Source: Takakia lepidozioides (lineage: Eukaryota > Plantae > Bryophyta). Taken from it: DNA of 64,000 nucleotides. Positions 1-13,364 of the stretch are shown here, piece after piece (the stretch's first letter is position 1; each line of letters starts with the position of its first letter). A program made the translations under genes and the position numbers. The notes under the pieces were generated by a model, which saw only the letters and a list, made by a program, of their open reading frames with translations, had not been told where the DNA came from and made no database searches. The stretch covers positions 8,494,001 to 8,558,000 of the forward strand of contig CM060732.1 in NCBI GenBank assembly GCA_030704615.1, written 5' to 3'.

Positions 1-2529
1 ACCGAATGAAAAAAAAATCGTGAGCACGCGAAACACAGTCCAACAGGTCCCAAAGCAATAGCAGATCCAACGGAATACATTCAACCGGTGAACGGATGGT
101 TGCCCATCCAAATCATTTTTGTTTGCTTCCAAACTTTGCCAGTACGTTCGAGACACCCTCTCACAGATCCCCGACCAAAATTCATTCGATGGCTCGACGG
201 ATGGTTGGCCATCGAAATGATTTTGGTTCGCTTTGAGACTTGGCCACTATGTTCAATGTGCCATGTAAGAGGCCCCAGAGTAATATGAGATCAATCGAAA
301 TTCGTTCAATGGGCCAACAGATGGTTGCCCATCCAAATGATTTCCGTTCGCTTTGAAACTTGGCCAGTGTGTTCATTGTACCCTCTGATACGTCCCAGAG
401 TAATACGAGATCAATCGAAATTCGTTCAATGGGCCAATGAGGTGTTCACTTGTCATATGGTTTTTGTTCAATGCGAAAAAGAAATCCTGCAATGCGTGCA
501 CGACTATTGCACCCATTGAACGGATGTGGTTGAAGCCCTTCTTTTGCCCCCATGTGCTGGAACATGTGTGCGACACATGTGCGGAGACACATTAGACGAA
601 TAAATCATTTGCCTCCCCATCGACGCGCTCACCCCTCAAGCCATTCCACGATCTAATTGAATTTAAATTCATCTTAAGCCAATAAATAGGTTTGCACTGC
701 CTTTCATTGGGGGTTTCTGGCACGTATCGATTTTGTTTTTGGCTCAATTTTGTTCTGCGGCTTCGAGCATTTCACCGCTACTCCCCCCGCCAAAATTTGG
801 ACCAATCAAAAATGCCCCCAAGAAAAAGTGTTCTTTTTGCTCACTATTGCAGAACTCTCTATGAAGAGTGTACATGAAGTTGAACACAAATCAAGTTTGG
901 AGTGCAAAACAGGGAAGAAACTGTGGTTTTGGGTCCAAATGAATTATGTTCGCTCCCAAATTTGGCAGGCACGTTGCATATGGCTACATTACACGCCCCA
1001 TTCAAAAACCGAATGAAAAAAAAATCGTGAGCACGCGAAACACAGTCCAACAGGTCCCAAAGCAATAGCAGATCCAACGGAATACATTCAACCGGTGAAC
1101 GGATGGTTGCCCATCCAAATCATTTTTGTTTGCTTCCAAACTTTGCCAGTACGTTCGAGACACCCTCTCACAGGTCCCCGACCAAAATTCATTCGATGGC
1201 TCGACGGATGGTTGGCCATCGAAATGATTTTGGTTCGCTTTGAGACTTGGCCACTATGTTCAATGTGCCATGTAAGAGGCCCCAGAGTAATATGAGATCA
1301 ATCGAAATTCGTTCAATGGGCCAACAGATGGTTGCCCATCCAAATGATTTCCGTTCGCTTTGAAACTTGGCCAGTGTGTTCATTGTACCCTCTGATACGT
1401 CCCAGAGTAATACGAGATCAATCGAAATTCGTTCAATGGGCCAATGAGGTGTTCATTTGTCATATGGTTTTTGTTCAATGCGAAAAAGAAATCCTGCAAT
1501 GCGTGCACGACTATTGCACCCATTGAACGGATGTGGTTGAAGCCATTCTTTTGCCCCCATGTGCTGAAACATGTGTGCGACACATGTGCGGAGACACATT
1601 AGACGAATAAATCATTTGCCTCCCCATCGACGCGCTCACCCCTCAAGCCATTCCACGATCTAATTGAATTTAAATTCATCTTAAGCCAATAAATAGGTTT
1701 GCACTGCCTTTCATTGGGGGTTTCTGGCACGTATCGATTTTGTTTTTGGCTCAATTTTGTTCTGCGGCTTCGAGCATTTCACCGCTACTCCCCCCGCCAA
1801 AATTTGGACCAATCAAAAATGCCCCCAAGAAAAAGTGTTCTTTTTGCTCACTATTGCAGAACTCTCTATGAAGAGTGTACATGAAGTTGAACACAAATCA
1901 AGTTTGGAGTGCAAAACAGGGAAGAAACTGTGGTTTTGGGTCCAAATGAATTATGTTCGCTCCCAAATTTGGCAGGCACGTTGCACATGGCTACATTACA
2001 CGCCCCATTCAAAAACCAAATGAAAAAAAAATCGTGAGCACGCGAAACACAGTCCAACAGGTCCCAAAGCAATAGCAGATCCAACGGAATACATTCAACC
2101 GGTGAACGGATGGTTGCCCATCCAAATCATTTTTGTTTGCTTCCAAACTTTGCCAGTACGTTCGAGACACCCTCTCACAGGTCCCCGACCAAAATTCATT
2201 CGATGGCTCGACGGATGGTTGGCCATCGAAATGATTTTGGTTCGCTTTGAGACTTGGCCACTATGTTCAATGTGCCATGTAAGAGGCCCCAGAGTAATAT
2301 GAGATCAATCGAAATTCGTTCAATGGGCCAACAGATGGTTGCCCATCCAAATGATTTCCGTTCGCTTTGAAACTTAGCCAGTGTGTTCATTGTACCCTCT
2401 GATATGTCCCAGTGTAATACGAGATCAATCGAAATTTGTTCAATGGGCCAATGAGGTGTTCATTTGTCATATGGTTTTTGTTCAATGCGAAAAAGAAATC
2501 CTACAATGCGTGCACGGCTATTGCACCCA
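1..2529. repeat. Tandem array, 1007-bp unit (2.5 near-identical copies; probably continues left of the window), containing ~120-bp subrepeats
   Basis: ACCGAATGAAAAAAAAATCG recurs at 1 and 1008, with a variant at 2015. ORF-track entries repeat with a 1007 offset. Internal ~120-bp subunits (CCCAGAGTAATATGAGATCAATCGAAATTC...GGATGGTTGCCCATCCAAAT). Confidence 0.97.
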
Positions 2530-2956
2530 CCATTTTTTCGCGAGTTCCCGGTCCAGCTTGTCTTGGTTTTCAAACTGGTACGGCAAGGCTTTGCGTATGC
2601 CTAATGGGGTGGCTAAGCCCCAATCACACACCCCAATCTTGATCTCTTCGGTGCCATCTGGAAAATGCAACAAGATGTTATCGAGGGTCAAATCGTTGTG
2701 CAGGACACCGTTCTTGTGGACAACATCCATGATGCACACCAGTGCCCATGCAAGTTTATTGCGCACTTTCCGGAAAACGAAGCAAGCGATCGCATTCCTG
2801 GAACTCTGCTTCCGTTCCCATTTGTTCCAAAATCACCCTGTTGTCCGAATCGTTGTCCCATTTTCTGTCAAGGTTTATTTTGTCGCGTATTGTCCCTCCA
2901 TTCCATCAGTGAGTGTAACCCTCTATCTCACGTGCATTCACAGCAAAATATGAGAT
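2530..2956 (-). pseudogene. Protein kinase catalytic-domain fragment (stop plus frameshift)
   Basis: Manual translation: ISYFAVNAREIEGYTH*WNGGTIRDKINLD...(frameshift ~2775)...RNKLAWALVCIMDVVHKNGVLHNDLTLDNILLHF...IGVCDWGLA. HxDxxxxN catalytic loop and DFG-like DWG. Truncated at both ends by repeats. Confidence 0.85.
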
Positions 2957-3235
2957 CCCTAGTTATCATTTCTGACGTGACGTGGCCCGGACACGTCAGA
3001 CGTCACGTCGGACGTGCGACACGTCACGTCGGACGTGCGACACGTCACGTCGAATCCAGACGTTTACCCAAGTAATTTCTTTTATATTTGACTTTTACGA
3101 TTTACTTCTACCATTTGTAATGACATGGCAGCCACGGTGTAAAACAGGCGCGGCCAATTATTAAAATTTATTAATTAATTTTAAAAAATACGTCCGCCCA
3201 AAAATTCAGACGCTTAAAAATTATTATTTTTTAAA

Positions 3236-4462
3236 TCAAGCGACCACCCATATTGGCGGTCGCTTGTAATTTAATATTTTATTAAATTAAGCGACCGCCT
3301 ATATTGGCGGTTGCCGGCAATTTATGACGTTTTAAAATGGAGCGACCGCCCATATTGGCGGTCGCTTGCAATTTGTTATATTTTAAATTAAGCAATGGCC
3401 TATATTGGTGGTCGCTTGAAAATTATTAGTTTTAAAACTTAAACGATTGGCAGTTGCTCGCAGTTTAAAAAATATTTTAAAAATACAGTGACCGCCATTC
3501 GCCGGCCGTCGCATATTAAAATGAAGCGACCGCCAAACCGTCGCTTCTTTAATTTTTATAAGAAAATGCAGCTACCGCCATTTTATTTATTTATTTTAAT
3601 ATATTTTTAAATATTTACATTTTAATTTTTTTTTAAAATAAATAAAAATGAATCGACCGCGGTCGCTCTTCTTCGTTTTTTAAGAAAGTGAAGCGACCGC
3701 CAATACAGCGGTCGCTCCTTTAATTTTTTTTAATAAAAAGATTAAAAAAAATAAGTTTTTTATTTCTGAAAAAAATGAAGCGACCGCCCGATGGCGGTCG
3801 CTCTTTTTCGCTTTTAAGAAAACTGAAGCGACCGCCAATACGGCGATAACTCCTATAGGTTTATTTATTTATTTATTTTTGAAATTAATATTTTAAAAAA
3901 TGAAGTTTCTTTTTAAAGAAAAAAATGAAGCGACCGCCCTATGGCAGTCGCTCTTTTTCGATTTTAAAAAAACTTAAGCGACTGCCATTACGGCGGTCGC
4001 TCCTTAAAAGAAAATTAAATTATTTTATTTTATTATTGAAAAAAAAAAAAAAAAACGACCGCCATACGGTGATCGCTCTTCTTCACTTTTTTTAAGAAAC
4101 TGAAGCGACCGCCAATTCGGCGGTCGCTCGTTTACGTTTTTTTTTTTAATTTTTTAAAAATGAAGCGGCCGCCATATGGCTGTCTATCTTTTTCGTTTTT
4201 CTTAAAAATGAAGCGACCGCCACTATGGCGGTCGCTCTGTTAAGTTTTTCTAAAAAATGAAACGACCATCCTATGGCGGTCGTTCTTTTTTGTTTTTTAA
4301 AAATGAAGCGACCGCCAATACGGCGGTCGCTCTTTTAGGTATTTGTTTTAAATGAAACGACCACCATATGGTGGTCGCTCTTTTTGGTATTTATAAAAGA
4401 TGATGCGACCGCCCAATAGCGATCGCTCTTTTTTGTTTAAAAAAAAAATGAAGCGACTGCCT
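3236..4462. repeat. Subterminal array of palindromic AGCGACCGCC-N4-7-GGCGGTCGCT motifs in AT-rich spacers
   Basis: About 20 copies, e.g. AAGCGACCGCCCGATGGCGGTCGCT at ~3778, spaced ~45-60 bp. Confidence 0.9.
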
Positions 4463-4469
4463 ATACGAT

Positions 4470-4848
4470 AACGACACGATAGTTCCAAAAATTTTACTAC
4501 TTATGAACATGAAGCGGCTTCCGCTACGTGATGCTCCAGCCTCCTGGAACAGCTCACACGTGTAGTCGTCTACCTTGCAAAGTCTTGGCGACCACTGCCT
4601 CCACCAAGCGGTTGATGGACTCTTCGGAAAGCTCCGTGGTCGCCGTTGTCATGTTCAACTGTCGGGGTTTCGGACACTTTTTGGCCATGTGCCTAGTCTC
4701 CCCGCAATTAAAGTACACCCCATCAAAGGTCGCCTTTTGCCCGCCATGTGCCGTCGCACCTATTTTTCTTTTCGGAGCACCGGGTGCCGCCCTGGCGTGC
4801 GAAGACCCTCCCTTCGATCTCCATTTGCCATTGCCACCGTGTGGCTTA
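4470..4848 (-). pseudogene. LTR-retrotransposon gag C-terminal fragment with degenerate zinc knuckle
   Basis: GVYFNCGETRHMAKKCPKPR = C-x2-C-x4-H-x4-C with the first C changed to Y, after a Gly/Lys-rich segment. In-frame stops downstream. Confidence 0.65.
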
Positions 4849-7800
4849 TCCCAACAGGTCCAGGAGTCATACGAGATGAAACGAAATTCATTCGACTGGA
4901 CAACGGATGGTTGGCCATTTGAATGATTTTTGTTTCCTTTCAAACTTTGCCAGTATGTTCGGTACGCCGTCTCATAGGTCCTGTACGAGTATAACATCAA
5001 TCGAAATTTGTTCAATGGCCCAATGGACGGTTGCCCAGCCAGATGAGTTTGGTTTGCTTTCAAACTTTGCCAATATGTTCAACATACCATAAGACGGGTC
5101 CCAGTGTAATATGAGATGAAACGAAATTTGTTTGATGGGCCAACGGATGGATGCCCATCCAAATGATTTGGGTTCGCTTCGAAACTATCGCAACGTCTTC
5201 AGTATACCGTCTCACAGGTCCCTGAGTAATATAAGGTGAAACGAAATTCGTTCAATGGGCCAACGGCGCGTTCACCTATCATGAAGTCTTGCTCATTGCG
5301 AAAAAGAATGACGGTCGAATGGTTGACCATCCAAATAATTTTTGTTTGTTTTCGAACTTTTCCACTATGTTCAACATACCATGTATCAGGTCCCGGACTA
5401 ATATGAGATGAAACAAAATTCATTCGGTGGCTGAACAGATGGTTGCCCATCCAAATGATTTTGGTTCGCTTTCAGACTTTGCCAGTGTGTTCAATGTACC
5501 ATCTTAGAGGTCGTAGAATAATATGAGATGAAACGAAATTCGTCCAATGGGCCAACGGAGGGTTGCACATCCAAATGATTTTCGTTCGTTTCGAAACTTG
5601 GCCAGTATGTCCAATGTACCATCTGACAGGTCCCAGAGTAATATGAGATCAATCGAAATTCGTTCAATGGGCCAATGAGGCGTTCACGTATCATTCAATT
5701 TTGTTCATTGCGATAAAGAAATCATGTCGTGGGTGAACGACCAATGCACCCATTGAACGGATGAGGTTGAGGCCCATCTTTTGCCCGCATATGCTTGAAT
5801 ATGTGTGCAACACATGTGCGGAGAAACAAGAGAAGCAACAAACATTTGCCTCGTTAACCACGTCCTCGCCCTTCCACCAATTTTCAATTAAATTACGTTT
5901 AAACGAATTTCAAGCAAATAAATAAGTTTACATTGTCTTTGATTGGGGGTTTCTGCTACGTAACGGTTTTATTTTTTGTTCAATCTTGTTCTCCGGCTTC
6001 TACCTTCCCATCGCTACATCCCTACAAAAATTTGGACCAAACAAAAATGAAAATTTCGAAAAGTGTTCTCTTCGCTCGCTATTGCAGAACTATCTATGAA
6101 GAGTGCATGAAGTAGAAGACAAATCAAGTTTGGAGTGCAAATTAGGGAAGAAACTGTGGTTTTGGATCTTAATGACTTTTGTTCGCTATGAAATTTGGTA
6201 CGCACGTTGCATATGCCGTCATTAGACATGGCTGAAAAAACGGAATGAAAAAAAAATCATGTGCACCCGAAACACCGTCCAACAGGTCCCAGAGTAATAG
6301 CACATCAAACGGAATTCATCCAATTGTTGAACGGATGGTTGCCCATCCAAATCATTTTTGTTTGCTTTCAGACTTTGTCAGTATGTTCGGTACGCCTCTC
6401 ACAGGTCCCGGATAAATATGAGATCAATCGAAATTCATTCGATGGCTGAACGGATGGTTGTCCATCTGAACGATTTTGGTTCGTTTTCAGACTTTGCCAG
6501 TGTGCTCAATGTACTATCTAAGAGGTCCCAGAGTAATATGAGATGAAACGAAATTCGTCCAATGGACCAACGGATGGTTGCCTATCCAAATGATTTTCGT
6601 TCGCTTCGAGACTTGGCGAGTATGTTCAATGTACCATCTAACAAATCCCAGAGTAATATGAAATCAATCTAAATTTGTTCAATAGGCCAATGAGGCGTTC
6701 ACATGTCATCCAATTTTGTTCATCGCGAAAAAAAAATCCTGTCATGGGTGAACGGCCAATACATCCATTGAACGGATGAGGTTGAGGCCCATCTTTTGCC
6801 CGCATGTGCTTGAATATATGTGTAATACATGTGCGGAGAAATAAGAGAAGCAACAAACATTTGCCTCCCCAACCACGCCCTCGCCCTTCCACCAATTTTC
6901 GATTAAATGACGTTTAAATAAATTTCAAGCAAATAAATAAGTTTACATTGTCTTTGATTGGGGTTTTCTGCTACGTAACGGTTTTAGTTTTTGCTCAATC
7001 TTGTTCTCCGGCTTCAACCTTCCCACCGCTACATCCCTACAAAAATTTAGACCAAACAAAAATGAAAATTTCTAAAAGTGTTCTCTTCACTCGCTATTGC
7101 AGAACTATCTATGAAGAGTGCATGGAGTAGAAGTCAAATCAAGTTTGGAGTGCAAATTAGGGAAGAAACTGTGGTTTTGGGTCCTAATGACTTTTATTCG
7201 CAATGAAATTTGGCTCGCGCGTTGTATATGCCGTCATTAGACATATGGCTAAAAAAACGGAATTAAAAAAAAATCATGTGCACCCGAAACGCCGTCCAAC
7301 AGGACCAGAGTAATAGCACATTAAACGGAATTCATCCAACAGTTGAACGGATGGTTGCCCATCCAAATCATTTTTGTTTGCTTTCAAACTTTGTCAGTAC
7401 GTTCAAGACAACCCTCTCACATGTCCCGGACTAATATGATATCAATCAAAATTCATTCGATGGCTGAACAGATGGTTGCCCATACGAACGATTTTGGTTC
7501 GCTTTCAGACTTTGCCAGTGTGTTCAATGTACCATCTAAGAGGTCCCAGAGTAATATGAGATGAAACGAAATTCATCCAATGGGCCAATGGAGGGGTTGC
7601 CCATCCAAATGATTTTCGTTCGTTTCGAAACTTGGCCAGTATGTCCAATGTACCATCTGACAGATCCCAAAGTAATATGAGATCAATCGAAATTTGTTCA
7701 ATGGGCCAATGAGGCGTTCACGTATCATTCAATTTTGTTCATTGCGATAAAGAAACCCTGTCGTGGGTGAACGACCAATGCACCCATTGAACGGATGAGG

Positions 7801-9075
7801 TTGAGGCCCATCTTTTGCCCGCATATGCTTGAATATGTGTGCAACACATGTGCGGAGAAACAAGAGAAGCAACAAACATTTGCCTCGTTAACCACGTCCT
7901 CGCCCTTCCACCAATTTTCAATTAAATTACGTTTAAATAAATTTCAAGCAAATAAATAAGTTTACATTGTCTTTGATTGGGGTTTTCTGCTACGTAACGA
8001 TTTTATTTTTTTCTCATTCTTGTTCTCTGGCTTCTACCTTCCCACCGCTACATCCCTACAAATTTTTGGACCAAACAAAAATGAAAATTTCGAAAAGTGT
8101 TCACTTTGCTCACTATTGCAGAACTCTCTATGAAGAGTGCATGTTCAGAGTGCAAATTAGGGAAGAAACTGTGGTTTGTCCTAATGACTTTTGTTCGCTA
8201 TGAAATTTGGCACGTACGTTGCATATGCCGTCATAAGACATATGACTAAAAAATAGAATGAAAAAAAAATCATGTACACCCGAAACGCCGTCCAACAGGT
8301 CCCAGAGTAATAGCACATCAAACGGAATTCATCCAACGGTTGAACGGATGGTTGCCCATCCAAATCATTTCTATTTATTTTCAAACTTTGCCAGTACGTT
8401 TAGTACACCTTCTCACAGGTCCTGGACTAATAAATGCTGGGTAGCCAAGTGCGGAGCGGATAAACAAATACTGGCAGGGCAAGGTATTTAAATCTGTGAT
8501 GTCCACATGTTCTTTTTGTTCTTTTTGCTTTCTGAAGAAAACCCTTCATGACACCCATGGGGTTTGAGTAAGTATGCTTGGATTACAGCTTGCGGACAGT
8601 AAATCTGTATGACCATTTAACCTGCACCACATCAAGGCCAAAATATGACCAAGTCCCGCCATCCATCCCACCCAGACCTTTGAATGTGTATCATGATCAT
8701 GACTGGTGGTCAATCAGCATCAGTGACATACTCTTTGGGTTATGAATAATACTGACATGAACACATTACTGTGCATGGATGTAATTCTGGATTTTCTAAG
8801 CTTGATGATTGATGGATGAAGATCAATCCAAAATTCATTCGATGGCTGAACGGATGGTTGCCCATCCAAACGATTTTGGTTCGTTTTCAGACTTTCCTAG
8901 TGTGCTCAATGTACCATCTAAGAGGTCCCAGAGTAATATGAGATGAAACGAAATTCGTCCAATGGGCCAACTTATGGTTGCCTATCCAAATGATTTCGTT
9001 CGCTTCGAGACTTGACCAGTATGTCCAATGTACCATATGGCAGGTCCCAGAGTAATATGAGATCAATCAAAATTA
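4849..9075. repeat. Tandem array related to the 1-2529 array (1017-bp unit plus runs of ~120-bp subunits), with ~390 bp of unrelated sequence at ~8431-8820
   Basis: ACCAAACAAAAATGAAAATTTC at ~6035, ~7052 and ~8070. ORFs 5705/7739 and 5933/6948/7967 repeat. Same 120-bp subunit as the first array but more diverged. Confidence 0.93.
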
Positions 9076-9689
9076 TATTGTGATTCGTTAACTTTATGGG
9101 TATGTTTTTCATACGTAGATCGAATTTTCGACATGATTATGAAATACGAGACTAGGCGAAATTTGTCAAGAAGACGAGCGTTCGTAACTCGTTATAACTT
9201 ATTGGTTAACATCCATTGTTGCCCATATTTCAGAGTTCATTGCAGATACCCACAGACACGTCATGACCAAATATTACATCACTGTAAATTTGAGGGTGAA
9301 CCACTTCTTTCACATCACATGAGTGCAAAACCGGAAGAAAACGCGTTACACTGTTCATGCAATTGAAATTTGCAGGTGTCGCACATGTGTATTAACAAAA
9401 TTGATGCATATACAAAATTGGGGGCGTGCTATCAGTGTGTTCGAGAAATTCAAGGTACAACAGAAATCCGCATTGTCTATATACTACGTTGCTACTAATT
9501 CAAATCCTCGTCGTCACTGTCCGGGGACAAGGGATGTGATGTTGTGGCCTGATTTGCACTGCCAATACGGAGAGCCTGGGACCGTGATATCGTGGTCAAT
9601 GAGGGGCCCAATGATATGTGATCAATTCTGATCAGCATCTGTTTACTTTGCGGCGAAAGTTGATTTTCTTGCAGAATCTCACGACGTGA

Positions 9690-10493
9690 CGAGGGTCAAA
9701 GACGTCCGTAATTCTGGCAATGATGCGGTCAATACTGTGATCTGGCATTGTAAACTCCGCGGACATGTCCACGTCGTTCGTTCGAACGTCATTGTGGACA
9801 GTGCCTTCATTGTTCGAGGCGTGTTTGCAATGTACCCTCCAACTCGGCTATGCGCAGTCTGTCATTCCACAAGGTCCTGCAGGGTTCAGACTCGCTATTT
9901 TGTTTCCACCAGTTCATTCTCTAACGTTCCAGATACTTGTTGCACCGGTGCCTCGGGCACGCCTCGTATCATAGCCTGGGGTACCGGTGCCTCGCGCACG
10001 CCTAATATCGTAGCCGGGGGTGTTCCAAACGTGTTCGGGATGTCGACGAAATGGTATTGCATCGTTGCGTTCCTCCTACTAGCAATTTGTCAATTCACTG
10101 GACGCAACAGTATCACCTCCACGTACAACATGGCTGCCAAGGTATACAAGATTTAGCCCTTTAAGAGTGGTTCACCTCAGTCGCCCTATGCTGAAAATGC
10201 AAGTTCATGCAAAACCTGGAGTCCGCGCAATTGTTTCTGATTTGCACCACATGCCTAGGTCTAGGCCACAATTGATTGTTGTGACACCATTTCACGATTT
10301 TTTTGCATCTCGTGCTCGGCCACCTGAACTCTTCCGGAAAATCCTCCCATATCTCTTCTGCTAGTATGCTAGGGTCATCATATACTTCCCAATTCAAATC
10401 ATGCCTTGACCATTTGATTTTCTTAGGGGGCAGTCCATTTTCATATGGATCATCTTTTCCATGACGCTCATCGTCCTGGCCGGCCTCTGCCAT
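9690..10493 (-). pseudogene. Degenerate coding sequence of unknown function inside the putative element
   Basis: ATG-started ORF 10493-10161 (MAEAGQDDER...). Protein-like reading continues in a shifted frame (ILYTLAAMLYVEVILL...YHFVDIPNTFGTPP) with stops. Confidence 0.4.
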
Positions 10494-10822
10494 TTTGTAA
10501 CAATCGGAGCAACCCTAAACGACGTTTATTAATAAGTAACGGAAAGTTAAACATTACTCAAGCAAACGTGGAACTGGCTAAGAATTAAAGAACTGCGATC
10601 TCGATCAAAAATTTACAATTGATCCTAAACCCTTAACACGAAACGGGTTTGAATAAGTGCCATAATAGCTAATTTTGTAGAATGAAATGTTTCCGGAAGC
10701 CAGATGAGGGGCTATATGAGCATTCTGCAACGATTTCACAGAAATTGCGGCAAAAAAATCCCCCCCAGCCAATGGCCTGCTTCTCCACGTGACTACATGT
10801 CATGGAATAGTTACATGTCATG

Positions 10823-12810
10823 CACACATAAGTTGTTTGGAGATGAAGTGAGGGGAGAATGAGCCTCCCTTGGCTTATCTGCCCCCCTCCCCTCTTATTC
10901 CTCGGTCCACGCGTAACACATACCTTCTAAAAGCGACCGCCACCATGACAGTCACTACATTTAAGAAAAACAACAAAAAAACGACCGCCATTACTGACGG
11001 TCTCTCTATCTAAAAAATTAAACAATAAAAGCGACCGCCAGTAACGACGGTCGCTCTATTATTTTATTTTATTTAATTAAAAAACGACCGTTATTACTGG
11101 CAGTCGCAATATTTTCATAAATTAAAAATATACAAGCGACCACCAATAATGGCGGTCGCAATGAAAAATAAAAGCGACCGCCATAACTGGCGGTCGCAGC
11201 AGAAATTAAAAATATACAAACGACCGCCACTAATGGCCGTCGCTCTATTTAAAAAAAAACAAAAACAAAAGCGACCACCAATAATGGCGGTCGCATATAA
11301 GTTGTGTGGAGAGGAAGTGAGGGGAGAATAAGCCTCCCCTGGCTTATCTGCACCCCCCCCTCATTCCTCGGTCCACGCGTAAGGCACAACTTCTAGAAGC
11401 GACCACCACCATGGCGGTCGCTACATTTAAAAAAAAAACAAAAAAGCGACCGCCATTATTGGCGGTCGCTCTATTTAAAAAATTAAACAATAAAAGCGAC
11501 CGCCATTACTGGCAGTCGCAACATTTTCAGAAATTAAAAATATACAAGCGACCACAAGTAATGACAGTCGCTCTATTTAAAAAAATAAAAAATAAAAGCG
11601 ACGGCCATAACTGGCGGTCACAGCATTTTCAGAAAATTAAAAATATACAAGTGACCGCCAGTAATGGCCGTCGCTCCATTTAAAAAAAATAAAAAACAAA
11701 AGCGACCGCCAATAATGGCGGTCGCACATAAGTTGTGTGGAAAGGAAGTGAGAGGAGAATGAGCCTCCCTTGGCTTATTTCCCCCCCCCTCACCCCCTCA
11801 TTCCTCAGTCCACGCGTACGGCACACCTCCTGGAAGCGACCGCCACCATGGCGGTCGATACATTTTAAAAAACAACAAAAAAGCGACCGCCATTATGGCG
11901 GTTGCTCTATTTAAAATATTAAACAATAAAAGCGACCACTAGTAACGACGGTCGCTCTATTAAAAAAACAAAAAAATAAAAGCGACCGCCACTACTGGCA
12001 GTCGCTATATTTTCAGAAATTAAAAATATTCAAGCGACCACCACTAATGGCGGTCGCTCTATTTAAATAAAATAAAATAAAAAAGCGACTACCAATAATG
12101 GCGGTCGCTCTATTTTTTATTTATTTTTTAAATGCGACCACCATTACTGGCGGTGTCTGTATTTTCAGAAATTAAAAATATACAAGCGACCGCCAATAAT
12201 GGCGGTCGGTTATTTTTTAAATTTTTTTAATGACCACCAATAATGGTGCTCGCTCTATTTAAAAAAATAAAAATAAAAGCGATCGTCATTAGTGGTGGTC
12301 GCTGCAATTTCAGAAATTAAAAATATACAAGCGACCGCCAGTAATGGCGGTCGCTCTATTTAAAAAAGTAAAAAATAAATGCGACAGACACTACTGGCAG
12401 TCGCTGCATTTTCTGAAATTAAAATTATTTTATACTATTTTATACTATTTTTATTATGTTTTAATATTTTAAAAATAAAGCGACCGCCATATTATGGTGG
12501 TCGCTGGTTTTTTTAATATATTTGTAAGACAAAGCGACCGCCATATAATGGCGGTCGCTTGTTTTTTTATGTATTATTGAAAACAAGCGACTGCCAATTC
12601 TGGCAGTTGCTTGTTTTTTTTATATATTTTCAAAATTATGCGACCGCCAATACGGAGGTTACTATGTTTTTTTAAAAAAAATTAGACGACCGCCAATGCG
12701 ACCGCCAATTTTGTTTTTTTTTGTTCTTAAGCGAACGCCATGTTGGCGGTCGCTCTTATTTCTAAAATTCCGAAATATAAAGCGACCGCCAGAATTGGCG
12801 GTCGCTTTAA
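10823..12810. repeat. Three ~430-470-bp tandem blocks plus a long GCGACCGCC/GGCGGTCGC palindrome array
   Basis: ATAAGTTGT(T/G)TGGA...GAAGTGAG(G/A)GGAGAAT...GTCCACGCGT at ~10828, ~11297 and ~11728. Dozens of palindromic motif copies up to ~12810. Confidence 0.9.
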
Positions 12811-12997
12811 TTTTATTATTTTCCAAAATGTATTTGTCACCACCATCGTGTCGGCGACGTGGTTGCTTAAGTGACAATATTTTATTTGGTATTTTTTTTA
12901 CTAGAATATTCCCGGAACCTGACGTGACGGAGGTCGCGTCATCGTCAGGTCTGACGTGACCTGACGCTGACTGACGGACGTGACGCTGATAACCGGG

Positions 12998-13364
12998 ATG
13001 TCTTCATTAGCTGCCTCAAATTCCACGTGGCGTCTTTCGCCGTGCTTTGGATCCACCGATTGAACTTGGGCTTGTCCCTGTCCGCCGTCCACTTAGCATT
13101 TGCCAAATCGTTTGTCATTTTCTTCTCCATATTTTGCTGGAAAATCTGAAACCCCTCTCATCCATGCCTGACATAAGCACTCTCCAACCTCATCATGTCC
13201 CTACCCTTGAAATAATCCACTACCACTTCTTTCACCCTATCCAAGGCATCCGGTCCCGGATAGTCTGACTTGTTGACCTGGCTATCCCGCTCGTGGGCAC
13301 GTTTTCTCTTCCTCCGACCCCCAGACGACCCCGCCCCAGAACTTGAATTCACAACCCCTGACAT
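12998..13364 (-). pseudogene. 5' part of an element-borne ORF with NLS-like RRKRKR, cut by the element end at 12997
   Basis: MSGVVNSSSGAGSSGGRRKRKR...YVRHG* continues in the same frame as EGFQIFQQNMEKKMTNDLANAKW...RQLMKT. One internal TGA. Confidence 0.5.

Larger units (their letters stand above)
2957..12997. mobile_element. Putative large DNA element with CCC...GGG ends, short imperfect TIR and AT flanks (CMC/EnSpm-like?); interior scrambled
   Basis: Left end CCCTAGTTATCA at 2957. Right end reverse complement CCCGGTTATCA ending at 12997. AT on both flanks. Both ends are rich in ACGT/TGACG and backed by the same GCGACCGCC palindrome arrays. No transposase seen inside, so the pairing is tentative. 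Confidence 0.45.

Noticed and set aside
2381-2953. 190-aa plus-strand ORF (likewise 9686-10156, 27421-28092, 35303-35710, 38124-38600)
   Set aside because: Antisense shadows of real or decayed coding sequence on the other strand.
88-8491. Many 60-90-aa ORFs recurring in the tandem arrays
   Set aside because: They recur only because the DNA is repeated; mostly non-ATG starts, no domains, and stops vary among units.
12998-13010. CAT CCC GG could supply an HPG preceding the kinase fragment if 2957-12997 were excised
   Set aside because: The frame upstream of HPG has immediate stops and no kinase motifs, so simple excision does not restore a kinase gene.
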